Shown here: piece by piece, positions 25,814-40,237 of the stretch
How positions within the stretch are numbered: the stretch's first letter is position 1
Layout: the number at the start of each line of letters is the position of its first letter
Origin: Octopus vulgaris
Lineage: Eukaryota
Direction of reading: 5' to 3'
NCBI GenBank assembly: GCA_951406725.2
Contig: OX597815.1
Location: 131,316,001 to 131,380,000 of the forward strand
DNA: 64,000 bases
Notes under the pieces: generated by a model
What the model was told of the DNA's origin: nothing
What the model saw: only the letters and a program-made list of their open reading frames with translations
The model's database searches: none
Translations under genes and position numbers: made by a program

Positions 25814-26450
25814 CATACATACATACATACATACATACATACATACATACATACATACATACATACATTTCCTGAGCGTCAAACTAATACACCAGCTTGT
25901 TGTTCATACACCTGTATTCGTCTCTGTTTTTCTATAAATTTCCTCTCTTTCTCTCTCTCCCTCTCTCTATTTGTCTCTCTCCCCCTCTCTCTCTCTCTAT
26001 ATATATATATTTATATAATTGTTAAAGAGGACAACAAGCGTTGAGGTAAGGCAAATATCTCAAGTCATATATATTCTTATTATTGGAAATAAATTCAGTC
26101 TTACATCTGTTCTTGGGATATCCCAGAATATTCCGTCATCAGAGACAAATAGGAAAAATAAGAAGGCTGTAGATTAATGAAATGACGACATAGAGGACAG
26201 GAGTAAAGGAATAAGGAGATGAAGACAGAGAAAAAAAGAATCATAAAATTTCACAGTTCAACTTTCTAATGCTGAAGAAATAAATCCATATGCAATCCGC
26301 ATATGTGACTGGGTTCTTTCAGCTTCTATCTACTAAATCTATTCATGAAGTTTGATCGGACCGGGGCTGTAGTACTGTGGTAGAAGACACCCAAGGTGCT
26401 ACGAAATGAGACTGGGATGGAAGGTTCTTAATCACACAAGTGCCCCTGTA
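25530..26450 (-). mobile_element. SINE family B with PLE-like remnants nested in its internal microsatellite
   Basis: Tail 25530-25705, head 26305-26450; inserts at ~25868-25945 and ~26015-26285. Confidence 0.65.
26098..26146 (-). ncRNA. Degenerate hammerhead motif
   Basis: Minus strand GTCT CTGATGA CGGAATAT-loop-ATATCCCA AGA ACAGATGT A AGAC. Confidence 0.6.
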
Positions 26451-26920
26451 AAATGTCTTCATAATTCTTTTTTTTTTTTAATAGCATTCAAACGCGGTAA
26501 TGACACAATAGTACGAAATAATTATTGTTTTTAGAAAAATGTCCTTAATTATAATTTTAATGATTTCATGAAAGGGTCAAGAGTTTGGCTGGCCCCTACT
26601 CAGCTAATTCTCGGTCAAATCATTTCTTAACCCGTTTTAAAAAGAAAGTAACGTTGGTTAACGTTACCCTAGATACACTATGCCTCAATGTGAAACGAAA
26701 TAATCACAACTGGAATTCCTATTATTGTATTTTTAACCGATCAATGCAGACTCGGATCTGCAACTGGAGAAACAATTATTGTTAATTTATTAATTTAAGA
26801 TATTAACTCAGCAAAAGTTTAAAATTTAATTAAAAAAGAAAACGGACGTTTAAGTAAATATTATTTGACGCCTTTCTAAATATGTGTAAGCGCGCGCTTT
26901 TGTGTTAGATGAGTGATGTG

Positions 26921-26987
<67 letters not shown>

Positions 26988-27085
26988 GTAATTAATATTC
27001 CAGCTCTACTTTAGGTCAAGGCCTGAAATTTGGGCGGGAGACATGTTGATTACATAGACAGGCAGACAGACAGACGGATAGACAA

Positions 27086-27153
<68 letters not shown>

Positions 27154-27676
27154 CGAGTGAGTGATGAGTGAGTGAGTGAGTGAGAAAGAGAGAGAGAGAG
27201 ACTGAACATAAAATATACATAATTTAAAATGCTTTCTTCGGTGAAAAGGAAAAAGATTGCAAGAAAAGAGCACTTCGTATGATTGGTCAGAAAATAAAAC
27301 TGAATTGACTTCCAACGTATAAGCTACGAGACAGTTTATGAGGTAAGATGAGAAAAAGAAAGAGGACCCAATTAGAGAATAATTTTGAGAGTGAAGAGGG
27401 AGGAAGGAAGGGAGTGAGAAAGAAAGAGCAATGCAAGTTTGGATTTAGAATAAGAATGAATATTTATGCTGATGGCTCCTATCATTAACTGCTGATTACT
27501 GGAAGTCAAAGTAGCCGTAAATCTCTGCAGATTTAGAGTTGAGGTTGCTGGTTACATTCATCTTAGTTTTAATGAGGATAAATAAATTATGTATTGGTAA
27601 AATTCAACTACAATGTTATGCCCAGTGAGATATAAATATATGTGAAATACTATAATAAATATAAAATATTTATGCC

Positions 27677-27842
27677 TGACGCAGGCATGGCTATGTGATA
27701 AGAAGGTTGCCTCTCAATTACATGTTCTGGGTTCAGTCCCACCGTATGGCACCTTGAGCAACTGTCTTTTGCTATAGACTTGGACTGCACAAAGCCTTGT
27801 AAGTGGATTTGGTAGAAAGAAACTGAAAGAAGCTCGTCGTAC
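27677..27842 (+). mobile_element. SINE family B head
   Basis: GCAGGCATGGCTATGTG..GGGTTCAGTCCCAC..GGCACCTTGAGCAA..GTGGATTTGGTAG. Confidence 0.8.
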
Positions 27843-27919
27843 CTTTGTCCAACCAGTCGCCATGATTGACCGCTAACTCCATATTTTTCATTCTCTCTCT
27901 GTTTATTTCCTTGTGTTCC

Positions 27920-27953
27920 TTTCTGTTGAAGAGCGTAGGCTGGAAACGTAAAA
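27920..27953 (+). ncRNA. Minimal hammerhead motif, A6>U variant/degenerate
   Basis: TTT CTGTTGA A GAGC GTAG GCTG GAA ACGT A AAA; related to the 52204 motif. Confidence 0.55.
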
Positions 27954-28009
27954 TACTTTCTCACCTTTCCGAGCATCAAACTAATACACCTGCTTGTTGT
28001 TTATACACT

Positions 28010-29419
<1,410 letters not shown>

Positions 29420-29529
29420 GTGCTTTCACTGCACTACCAAGCGTAGCAATGTGTGTCTTGGGTATGTGCTGTGGTTTGTTGTGGTGCTCTTATTTTCACT
29501 GTATTGAAAGTGTTTTACGTAGGATGTGT
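29420..29529 (-). mobile_element. Inverted 3' end copy of the same R4-like family
   Basis: Reverse complement of 29167-29275. Confidence 0.85.
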
Positions 29530-29534
29530 TCGGT

Positions 29535-30095
29535 GCCAGGTAGCGAAAGTGTTATATTCGAAACTGTACGAAAAGTGTGGGCTAGAGAGAGGCAAGATGT
29601 GGTATGAGCACAAACCGCAGAATGTGGCAGAGTCGGAGACTAGCAAAATTTTCTGGAATTTCCCAATCCAAACAGATCAGATGCTAGAGTATAACTGATT
29701 GGACATAGTGGTGGTGGTCAAGGTGCACCATGTATGCTATATAGTTGATGTTCCATGCCCCTTTGACCCACAAGTAGTCAAGAAGGAAGGCGAAAAGACA
29801 GATAGATACAGCCTTCTTAAGTACGAAATAGCCCGGCAATGGAAAATGAAGAAGGTGAAGATAATGCCAATTCTTGTTGGTTCCTTGGGAACAGTATAAG
29901 AAGGCATCAAGAAGAAAATAAGGGAAATAGGAGTAGAGTGCCCAGTAGAACTGTTACAAAAGTTTTGGCATGGCCAGAATAATCAGAAAAGTATTAGACA
30001 GGTGAAAAGAACGGACAGCATGGTACTGTCGGCTGCAGGTCGTAAGCCTGCTACGCATGCAAGACTCCAGGAGTTCCAACAAAATCTGTAATAAA
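29535..30095 (+). mobile_element. RLE-type LINE 3' fragment
   Basis: WYEHKPQNV..IFWNFPIQTD; DIVVV..IVDVPCPFD..EKTDRYSLLKYEIARQWKMK..PILVGSLG. Confidence 0.8.
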
Positions 30096-30606
30096 GAGAA
30101 ATATTATTAACTTTATTTTATTAGCCGCACGTGCTCGAGGAAATAACCAACAAAATTTTCATTTAGTGGTAACAAAGAAAAAGTGAAGTGTGAAAGACAA
30201 GTTTATAAAGATGACAACGTTATAGAGCATTTGACTGAATGTATTAATGGTACTAATCCCGCACGTTTTCGTGGCTTTCAAAGACCATTTGCACAATTGT
30301 TTGACAACCCCAACCACATTTCTCCTCTCTCCAGCTCAGATGACATCACCCAACATTCAAAATTGAAGACTAAGCTCAAGTCTACATCGTTTTGTCATTG
30401 TTATATTACTTAATTCTGGTTGTAGTGAGACACAAATCTAGAGCAGAGATAGTTCTAGCAAATCTTGTGTTTTGTTTTAGTTGAGTCTTCAGCTTTGAAA
30501 GAACAGAAGATGGTGCCGTGTCTTTTGCATTTTTGAGTAAAATTTCCCCACCGAGATACCCTAAAATGCTTCCTTTACGTCTGGTCACAAGGCCAGATAC
30601 AGTGCT

Positions 30607-30742
30607 TTCTTCTTCTTCTTCTTCTTCTTCTTCTTCTTCTTCTTCTTCTTCTTCTTCTTCTTCTTCTTCTTCTTCTTCTTCTTCTTCTTCTTCTTCTTCT
30701 TCTTCTTCTTCTTCTTCTTCTTCTTCTTCTTCTTCTTCTTCC
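30607..30742. repeat. (TTC)n microsatellite
   Basis: Direct reading. Confidence 0.98.
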
Positions 30743-31749
30743 TCTCTCCACTTCTTCTTCTACTTCCTCTTCCTCCTCCTCTTCTTCTTCATATTCTTAT
30801 CCTTATTCTTCTTGTTCTTCATCTCCTTCTTCATCTTCTTCTCTCCTCCTAACCTCCTCTTCTTCCTTCTCGTCCTCGTCCCTTACTCCTACTCACCATC
30901 ATCTAATTTTTACTCTTCGTCTTTTGTTTGGACTTCTTCCTCTTTTTATATTTAATGATATCATCATCGTGGTCGCTACCACCACCACCACCACCACCAC
31001 CACCACCACTACCACCACAATCATCATTGCTATCCTCGTCGTCACCGTCGTCGTCATTATTATCATTCTCATCATCAAAAGTATAATGTCAAATAATAAA
31101 AAAAACTTGACCCAATTATTATTCCATATTTCCAACGTAGTTTCTTGTATAAAATGTCAATCTGCAATTTCACAATAATTTTGAATTCTATATCTTCAAA
31201 AAATACCTAGAAATGTCAATAAAGAAAATTCTGAAGGGTACAAATATTGCTGTATTCAATGTTATTGCGTACACAATAAAACACTGCATTCAGTTCTCAT
31301 CCTGAAATATAATATTAAACTTTAGAATTCTTAATCAACATGTTTTAGGTGAATCTATTGATTGGAAAAGATTTCATTGTTCTTATGCTTAATTGAAACG
31401 GAAATGAATTATCATTAAAATCCTTACTGAAAGGAAGACAATTCTGCTATATTTGCAGGAAAAATCACTATAAACTTGTAGCAATAAGAAATGGACAATG
31501 GAAAATAATTGAAAAATCTGTCAATGAGCTTGCCTCTGTGAACATGCTTTATTTTATATGTAAGACAGCTTGCAATGAACTGTGATATTTGCACGTGTAA
31601 GAAAACATATTTCATTCTTTTTTTTTACCTTTTTCTTTTGACATTTAAGATTTTGCTATTAATGTTCTTGAAATCGCATCCGGAAATAACCTCAGCAAAC
31701 AGCTATATATGTATATTATAAATATTACCTTCTTGTCTATACAATACTA

Positions 31750-31787
<38 letters not shown>

Positions 31788-31860
31788 TCTGTGTGTGTGT
31801 AATATCTCTATAGGCACAGGAGTTGCTGCGTGGTAAGTAGATCGCTTACTTCCCACTGCG

Positions 31861-34570
31861 CATGAGTTGTTTGTTGTCAGTGTGCGCATGCTTTGTTGTG
31901 TGTATCACTCACGGAGATAGCCGGGTAGCCGGTGAAAAAGTTGCCCAGCTGTAAGGTAAGGCTTTTGTTTTTTTGGGGTCCAGTGGGGGGTTTGTTGTTT
32001 GTGGTAAAATTTTTACAAGCAAGGAGTCCTCACTGGATTCTGGACTCTGGCCTGCCTGCAGTTGGGATAAGACTGTTCACATTAAGTGAATATTTTTCTC
32101 ATTGTAAGAAGTGTTGTTTGGTGGGCGTGTCTAGCCACCAAAATTTGTGAAAATTTTATAAAATTCGTTTGAAGGATTTTCCTGTGTTCCTGCTTCTGGA
32201 CCCTGAGTACATCATTGGAGTACCAAGTTGTGGAAAACCTGTCGGCCAGGATTACCAGAGGCCGGAAGAGTATTAGCCGTGATTTGAATCGTCTTCCTTC
32301 GCTCTTTTTCTCTGCTCAGTCTTTCTGTTCTTTTTGTTTTGTGTTTTTGACTCTGTTTAGACTTTTTGGTTGAGCATTTTTTGGACTGTCCTTTCTTTTC
32401 TGCAAGCATGGAAAAAAAAGCTAAACACTGCGTCGGAGTGGGAGATTGTAGTTTCCAAGCAGTGGGTAAAAGAGTTCAACGAGAGAACGGTGGTGTTGAG
32501 GACGTATTCCAAGTCTCTCGACACTATCACTGTGTTCTCTCAAATTGAAATTGAGAAAGAGTTAGCAGAATATCTGCTAGCTATTAAGTTTATTGCAAGG
32601 GGTGTCAAATATGCAACGGTGTGCTTGCTATTTGACACCCCTGAGGAGGCTCCCAATTTTGCGAGTCAGCCCTTAGAAGGGAAAAAAATTCTGTTTCTTC
32701 CCCCATATGGTAGGAAGAATTTAACAAGATCTTGGGTATGTGGGCTGCTACCCGGCATAGAACCCGAGTGGATAGAAGACACCATCCGCCGGAGTCTAGG
32801 TGGCAGCGGAGCCAAGCTCCTTATGTTAAAATTCTGACTGCGGCTGATTGGGTGAGGTCGAAAACAGTTTTGACTCTGTGGACCAATCAGCCAATGATCT
32901 GGTTTTTCCAGATTTTTTGAGGACGGCCTGTTCTAAATATCCGGGGATTCTTGAGGGACGACCCCCCCCCCCCAAGTGTCACCTATGCCTGGAAACAGGC
33001 CACATTAAAAAGAACTGTCTCCAGGACCAAGGTAAGGTCCTGGAGCTGTTAATAAAAGTGGCGCACCCCACTCCCCCATTGGAAGGAGAGATGGATGGAG
33101 TTAAGGAGGTGGAGACCTCATCGAAAAAAGGAAAGAAAAGAAAGAAGATGGTAACAATGGTTGCCCACCGAACGGCCCTAACGCTGCAGGAGGGGAGGAA
33201 GATCCTCCGGATAAAGCGAAGGTACCACATCCTCCCGTAGCAAAGGAGAGAAAAAGAAAAAAGAAAAATAACGGGACATTTTCGGCGGTTGATTGTTCAC
33301 TGCCGGCATGCCCTGAAACTTTGTCGGTGGTAAGTGTGCCACTGACAGAGAAAACTGTGGCCCCTCCCAGAGCGATGAGAGATGATTTTGTTATCTTCTC
33401 CTATAAAGGAGGGGCAATACAGAGTTTCTTAAGGAGGCTAGAGGGCCGGAGGGAAAAGCCCATTCCCTGGACTGAAGACCCGGATTGGCCTCCACAGGTG
33501 ACTACTTGGAAGTCGATATGTTCAGGGTGATGGACTCCTTCCCGAAGAACCAGTTTAAGTTCGCCTTCTAGGGCGTCGTCAGAGCTAGGATGCTTGCTCT
33601 GAAGAACAAAGGAGTTGGAACCGCCCGAGAGGCCCGAGTGGTGGAGGTGCAACGGGGCAACAAAGCCACGATTAGGTCTCTGAAAGATGAACAAGGGCGT
33701 TAATTACTTGAACTCGAAGGGATGTGTGAGGACTTTCAACAACACTTTGCCCGGCAATGTTCTCAAGGAGAATCTGTGCGTCGACGAGGAACACTTGACC
33801 CACCTGTTCAGGACAACTTTCGGGCTGGAACCTATGGAAATTCACTAGAAATCCCTGGCCTGGCAGTGCTATCGGGAAGCATTTCCCGTTTGGGATAAGC
33901 TCTACAAGCACGGTTCGAGATATTTGCCTGAGATGCGTGTCAGAGCGACGAAACTGTTCTGCATGCATAAGTGGACCTGTGGGCTTATGCCGCACTGCTG
34001 CTGTCACGTGTGAGGCGAATTCGGTTGTCGACCGACTCTATCGTAAAAATTGCTCTGCCACCATCCCTTAGCCGAGAAGGCAAGGCAATTTTCGTCGTAC
34101 TAGTGGCTATGGTGAAAGAATGTGCGTGGTGGACTCGAGCGAAAGGTTTAGAGACAAACACTTTCCTCTCTGGCCATTCGTTCATCAACTTTTTCAAGTA
34201 CCACTTGAAAAGGAAGGTGAAAATAGAAAGGAAAGTTTTGTCTCATGAAAGATTCAATAAAAGGTGGGTGAATGTAGCAAAGGTGGTATGCGCGAATGAC
34301 GAAACCACTTTGAGTATGATCTTGTAAATCCAAAAAAGAGGGAGAGAGTACTTTGCTCTCATGTGTTTTTTTTCCTCTCTGCCTGAGGTTACCGAGATCT
34401 TTTTTCGAAGGCTTTCCTTTCCACGGATAAACCTAATCTGTTTTTTACATTTTTACTTTGTTCTGTGATACATGATACCTTTTGATCGGATTTTTTTCTT
34501 TTTCTTTCGAAAAGACAAGCTCTACATTGTATTTTGTCCTCTCTGTGTTCAGCCCTGTGTGGCTAATAAA
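31861..34570 (+). mobile_element. Tx1/L1-like element: ORF1 (CCHC) + ORF2 C-terminal remnant, no EN/RT detected
   Basis: ORF1 from 32408 homologous to 13347 (EFNERTVVLRTYSKSLDTITVFSQ; CHLCLETGHIKKNC); 33971-34327 resembles Tx1 ORF2 C-terminus; AATAAA at 34565 then (TATC)n; preceded by SINE B head 31812-31860. Confidence 0.75.
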
Positions 34571-34575
34571 GATAT

Positions 34576-34635
<60 letters not shown>

Positions 34636-36069
34636 ATATTTATCTATCTATCTCTCTATCTGTCTGTCTGTCTGTCTGTCCGTCCATCTATCTGTCTGTC
34701 TGTCTGTCTGTCTATCTGTACACATGTACATACGTACTCACGAACATCAGTTATGTCGCTCCACGTTTCACATACAACCAAAGTCTATAACAAAAACACC
34801 ATATAATTCGCTTGCAACTGCGCTACAGTACAGTACTACAGAGGAAGATCGTTACCCATAAGATCCATAGAAATTTACTGAGCCGTTACTGCTGGGTGGC
34901 TTCCACCAAACACCAAATTGTTATGTAACATTGCCACCCAAAACCAATCGATACCGTCAGCGATGAAGCACTACACCACCTGATATACTGCAACCAGTTT
35001 TGTTGGATACTTACTTAGAGAATCTCTAACAATTTGTAGCAGATTTTTTGTCCAACCAAAATGGCTTCTCAGGCAGTTTCCGGAACAAAAATTCATATAC
35101 TTTCTCCATCAGTTACTTCCATTTTCTCAATAAACACAGTCGACACAATTCCTCTTAAACTTTCTCCGTTACTCTCCTTACATATGCACACATGCCGAGT
35201 TTAAAAACGACTTATAATTGATTCCCACCAATCCAGTCACATGCTTTGACACGTTTGCGTTTATCAATCTTCCTCTCCAGAGAATCCTTCTTCTGAAATT
35301 ACCTGTCCGTCATGTTTAAAACCTCATATGACTTATGAATGTTTAAACGACACAACATCCGTCTATGAAGGGCAATGACTCAAGCCTCCTAAACAACACA
35401 CACACACATAGATGCACACGTATTTACATACAAGAACACAAACAAGTGAACAAGCTAAATGTACTCTTATCCACATATAGACACACAGACACAAACTCAC
35501 ACACATACATGATACATGCTATGAGAGGCCTAATTTAGGACCTTAGTGTGTTTCGGCACTGGGAAAGAGATACACGTATGAACATTAAAATACGAAGTAA
35601 TAGAATAGAAGTGTGGGCATACATATACATACACACAAATACACACACATAAGAATATATACACATATATACACACAATTGTACATATACTCATGGGGAT
35701 GCAGACATACACACACACACATACACACACACACATACACACACACACATACACACACTCACCTTCAAACAGAAACACAGACACAAACATACTCACACAC
35801 ATACACTCACATACGCACCCGCACACAGACCCAAATTACATGTATTTATATACACATACATATTTGTGTGTATACGTGCGTACATATATATATATATATA
35901 TATATATATCGAGTATGGTCATTGCACGAAGCTTAACTGTTATTGGTGCTGTGATCGAATGTGACTTTATTTGCTTTTTAAGGCTACAGCCAGCCATTCA
36001 GTTGAGACTCACAGCACTATCAACAATCATGAACAATGTTGTTATCGTGCAATACCTGTACAAGAAGTG

Positions 36070-36543
36070 AGGAAAGTGAGGAAAGGCTGTGCACTGAGTT
36101 AATCCCACTCACTAAGCAACAGCAGCCATAATCCGAAAAGAAGAACAAGGCAACATCATCGGTAGCCACTGAGCCGCAGGAGTTATCCCAGTTACCTGAG
36201 TTACCTTCTTCTAGAAGGATGCCCTAACAAAGGCTTGGAGTCCTTCACTCCCAATGGTTTAACCGCGCAATCGGGTATTCAGTCGGATTATTTCTATGTC
36301 CCCGCGCATGATACAGCCTTAAACCTTAAGAGAAAAAAAATACACATTTATTGGATGGCCGTTGACTCTCAAGAGTTCCTCCGCTCTTTGACGGGTTTTG
36401 TTTTTCATCCCGCAGTGTGTCCAATAAACACCCTCCTCACCAAGCAAGCTTGGTGGGGTTGCCAGTTTAGTCGCCGACGGCCCGACCATGCAACAGGTTG
36501 TACTGGGTTACATGTTACCAGTAGCACTCGAAAGTGACCTGAC

Positions 36544-36544
<1 letters not shown>
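36070..36544 (-). mobile_element. Probable RTE-type LINE 5' UTR
   Basis: GC-richer block starting at a (TA)n edge with an HDV-like fold at its 5' end and GGGCATCCTTCTAGAAGAAGGTAACTC; no ORF retained. Confidence 0.45.
36460..36544 (-). ncRNA. HDV-like ribozyme candidate lacking the 5' P1 strand
   Basis: Minus strand TGTCAG(P2) GT CAC TTTCGA GTG(P3) CTACT GG TAACATGTAAC..GTTGCATG(P4)..GA CTAA A CTGGCA(P2'). Confidence 0.5.
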
Positions 36545-36584
<40 letters not shown>

Positions 36585-36677
36585 ACCCACACGATTCTAT
36601 GTGTAAATCAGACCATCCATACAGACACGTACATACGTACATACATACACATGTACATACACACCCACAAACACACC

Positions 36678-36717
<40 letters not shown>

Positions 36718-36911
36718 CATACAAACATATACATATACCCACAGATATACATAAACACGTGGGTACATATACAAGCATATGCATACTCTCACATGCAAAC
36801 ACATACACATACACATATATATACACCCATATATATAACTGCATATATATTTGTACACACATTAGTGGTAATTTAATTGCAGAGTGAACAGAGTAATTCC
36901 AAATTATATAA

Positions 36912-38300
36912 AACTAGCAGGTAAGCCCGGTTTCACCCGGTCTGTTTGGATGATGTGGCTGTGCTCGTTTTTGGTTAGGAATAGTCTATAACAGCGTTTC
37001 TCAAGCTTAGCATTTCGGGTCCCCCTGTTCCGATTGGAGCCTCCAGCTGTATGAACATTTCCTGACTACCCCCAACCCTTGTCAGAAAACAGCTTCAGGA
37101 GTTGTGAAGAACGAATTTGTACGTAGTCTGTATCTGAGAGCTTTTCTATTGGACCTCTGTCTAATCATTAAAACATTGATTTAATTATGAACATAGAAAT
37201 TGTACATTATTTGCAGAGTGCGGAAATTGAAAGAAGATAATGAAATGGACGTGTGTGTGCGTGTATGTGTGTGTGTGTGTGTGCGTGCGCGTGCGTGCAT
37301 GCTTGCGCGTGTGTATGTGAGTGAAGGTTTGTGTCGTGATGATTGATGTATTTGTACGTAGTCTGTTTCTGAGAGCTATTCTATTGCACCTCTGTCTAAT
37401 CATTAAAACATTGATTGAATTATGAACATAGAGAGAAATTATACATTAATCCCTATTTTTGTAAGCAGTTGTATCCGTAAAATATTTTATTTGCAGAGAG
37501 CAGAAATTGAAGAGCAGAGAGCAGATATATGAAATGGATGTATGTGTGTGTATGTGTGTGTATGTGTATGCGTGTGTGTGTGTGTGTGTCTGTGTATGTG
37601 CGTGCGTGCTTGCGCGTGTGCACATGAGAAAGAGAGAGAGAGAGAGAGGGTGAGTAAGAGAGACAGAGTGAGTCAGTGAAGGTGTGTGTCGTGATGATTG
37701 ACGTCTTTTAAGGTACACACAGATACATAGAAAATGTGAGGTCATCGTATAAATTTTTACGATAGTTGATCTATGAAAGGAATTATGTTAAATTTTTGAA
37801 ATGCAAATATGTGAATGAAAATTAAGTTCAGACCTCTATATGGTAGCTAGACTTGGTAGAAATAGCAGCCAAATCTCCCTCAAAACACCCTGCTGTCTTA
37901 ATCCGACAATTATACCTATTATATAGTTTGAAAGAGAAACTAACTAAAGATTAAGATTATTAACCCCACGAAGAAGTGAAAGAAGTGAGACAGCATGGCG
38001 AAAGTTTTGGCTGACTGTCATCCTGTACTCCCCTCGTTGCTAGTGAACTGGTATATGCCGGCTGTGTGACTAACTGGCTGTTTTAATGGAGGATCAAATA
38101 GGGGAATTCTATTAGAAAAGTTTTAATCGATTTTCTCGGTAACTATAGGGGCAAGGAAAAAATACAAACCGCATTCCAATCTATGCACCCGTCTCCACAT
38201 GTGTGCCATTTTTCACGCGATTCCACCCACCCGTTTGGCTGTGAAACTCAAGACAAGAAAGAATACAACGACCGTCCAAGTCCAATTTATATTATAGACT
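36912..38300 (+). mobile_element. Non-autonomous Helitron/Helentron-like element with internal ~235-bp duplication
   Basis: Starts AACTAGC..CCCGGTTTCACCCGG; ends TGTGTGCCATTTTTCAC..CGTTTGGCTGTGAAA..TTTATATTATAGA; 37116-37196 repeated at 37351-37431. Confidence 0.5.
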
Positions 38301-38433
38301 ACACAGTTAAGTTTAAATTAAGTGAAAAAACCCACAAAAAATCGAAAGTATAGGCGATACATATATATCTACCCATACACACATATACAGAAGCGCACAT
38401 ACGCATACATACATACATACATACATACATACA

Positions 38434-38467
<34 letters not shown>

Positions 38468-38496
38468 CTTACATACATACATACATACATATATAC

Positions 38497-38527
<31 letters not shown>

Positions 38528-38959
38528 CATACATACATACATACATACACACACACATACATACATACACACATACATATATACATACACAGAAACACAC
38601 ACATACATTTAAGACCCATTGAATGAACATGTATAACACAACATCTAATGATGATCTCACTCTCATGTTGCTTCCCACTCACTACCTACGTTGAGAATAC
38701 CTTATACATGCGTAATCCGTGTCGTTAATCTTAATTTAACTACAGTTAATAGTATAATTCAAAATAATTAAGCACTTTCTTACTTATGTAGGCTACTGAG
38801 GTAGCGGAAAGCTCAGCGCGGCCCACTCCATTTCATCCTTCCTTAACAGTTCGCTTTGGAACATTAAGATATAGCTTCTCAAAAAACTAATGAGCTGTAC
38901 GACACGAAATTATTTAAAAACTTTTCAATCTTTGTACTTATCGAGACACGCATACACGC

Positions 38960-39028
<69 letters not shown>

Positions 39029-39142
39029 TACATACATACATATACATAGATACGTATACATACATACATATATATTTAAAGAATAAAGAGAAAATGAAGA
39101 GGTATTCAATAAAATTATTTATTAATCATAAAATATGACAAT

Positions 39143-39228
39143 ATCTCTGACCTGTTTCGATTCAGAAATCTTTAGATAATTTAATTATAAAACTTAAAAG
39201 CATTAGCAGATCAATGTCTTCAGAGGTA
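39143..39228 (-). ncRNA. Hammerhead-like motif with long stem II region
   Basis: Minus strand CT CTGAAGA...GAATC GAA ACAGGT C AG; stems imperfect. Confidence 0.45.
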
Positions 39229-39321
39229 GTTAGGATATACCGATTAGAAATACATGTTGAGATAACGGCTATAAAACCGTCATAGATATAGTCATATTTT
39301 ATAATCAATAAATAATTGATA

Positions 39322-39362
<41 letters not shown>

Positions 39363-39564
39363 GAACCACGGTTTTCATGGTTACCTTATAGTTGAACTTT
39401 TTATAGATTGGTAACTAGCAGTATTTTCATTGGATTTACGATCTCTTAATTAGGTTTATTACCTTTATTTGGCACAGTATATATATATATATATATATAT
39501 TGATAAAACGGTAAGATAACAAAAGAAAGAAAGAGACCTCAATATTATGTAAATAGAGGAAATT

Positions 39565-39629
39565 TATCTATACAATATGTTACATTACTCGGTAGTCAAG
39601 ATACTACCGAGTAATGTAACATATTGTAT

Positions 39630-39634
<5 letters not shown>
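39565..39634. repeat. Perfect 32-bp inverted repeat with 6-nt spacer
   Basis: TATCTATACAATATGTTACATTACTCGGTAGT caagat ACTACCGAGTAATGTAACATATTGTATAGATA. Confidence 0.95.
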
Positions 39635-39670
<36 letters not shown>

Positions 39671-39970
39671 TAAATAAATGCAAATACCCATGCAGACGTT
39701 ATTGTTAGAGTTTTACAACTCTTTGCATCCATCATTTGTCCATTTATATATAAATTTATACATATATACGTATATATACATACATATATATGCAAATGTA
39801 TATATATGGAACTCACACACAAGGTACAAGAAACCTACATATACACCATTCTGCTTAAATAATAGAACTGCAAATACAATATCCTTACGTATCTCGTCTG
39901 CTTTCATTCCTCCACTTGCCTCTGTATTTCATATTTTCCCTATAACAACTATTAAACATTTTCTTGCACC

Positions 39971-40019
39971 GTTTCTGATTAAGGGATATATAAAATATCC
40001 CGGAAACATCTGGAAGAAC
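39971..40019 (+). ncRNA. Degenerate hammerhead motif, same family as 26098-26146
   Basis: GTTT CTGATTA AGGGATAT ATAAA ATATCCCG GAA ACATCTGG A AGAAC. Confidence 0.55.
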
Positions 40020-40072
40020 TCTTCATATATGTTCCGAAAACTTTCACAGCCTTGGTTTTTTTCTGTCATTCT

Positions 40073-40106
<34 letters not shown>

Positions 40107-40119
40107 TTTATACACACAC

Positions 40120-40196
<77 letters not shown>

Positions 40197-40237
40197 CATA
40201 CATATATATATATACATATCTAAAATTGTAGCGTAGT

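Noticed and set aside
30183-30500. 76-aa non-repetitive ORF with nearby TGAAGACT motifs as a PLE end/HHR
   Set aside because: No complete hammerhead pairing and no diagnostic protein motif
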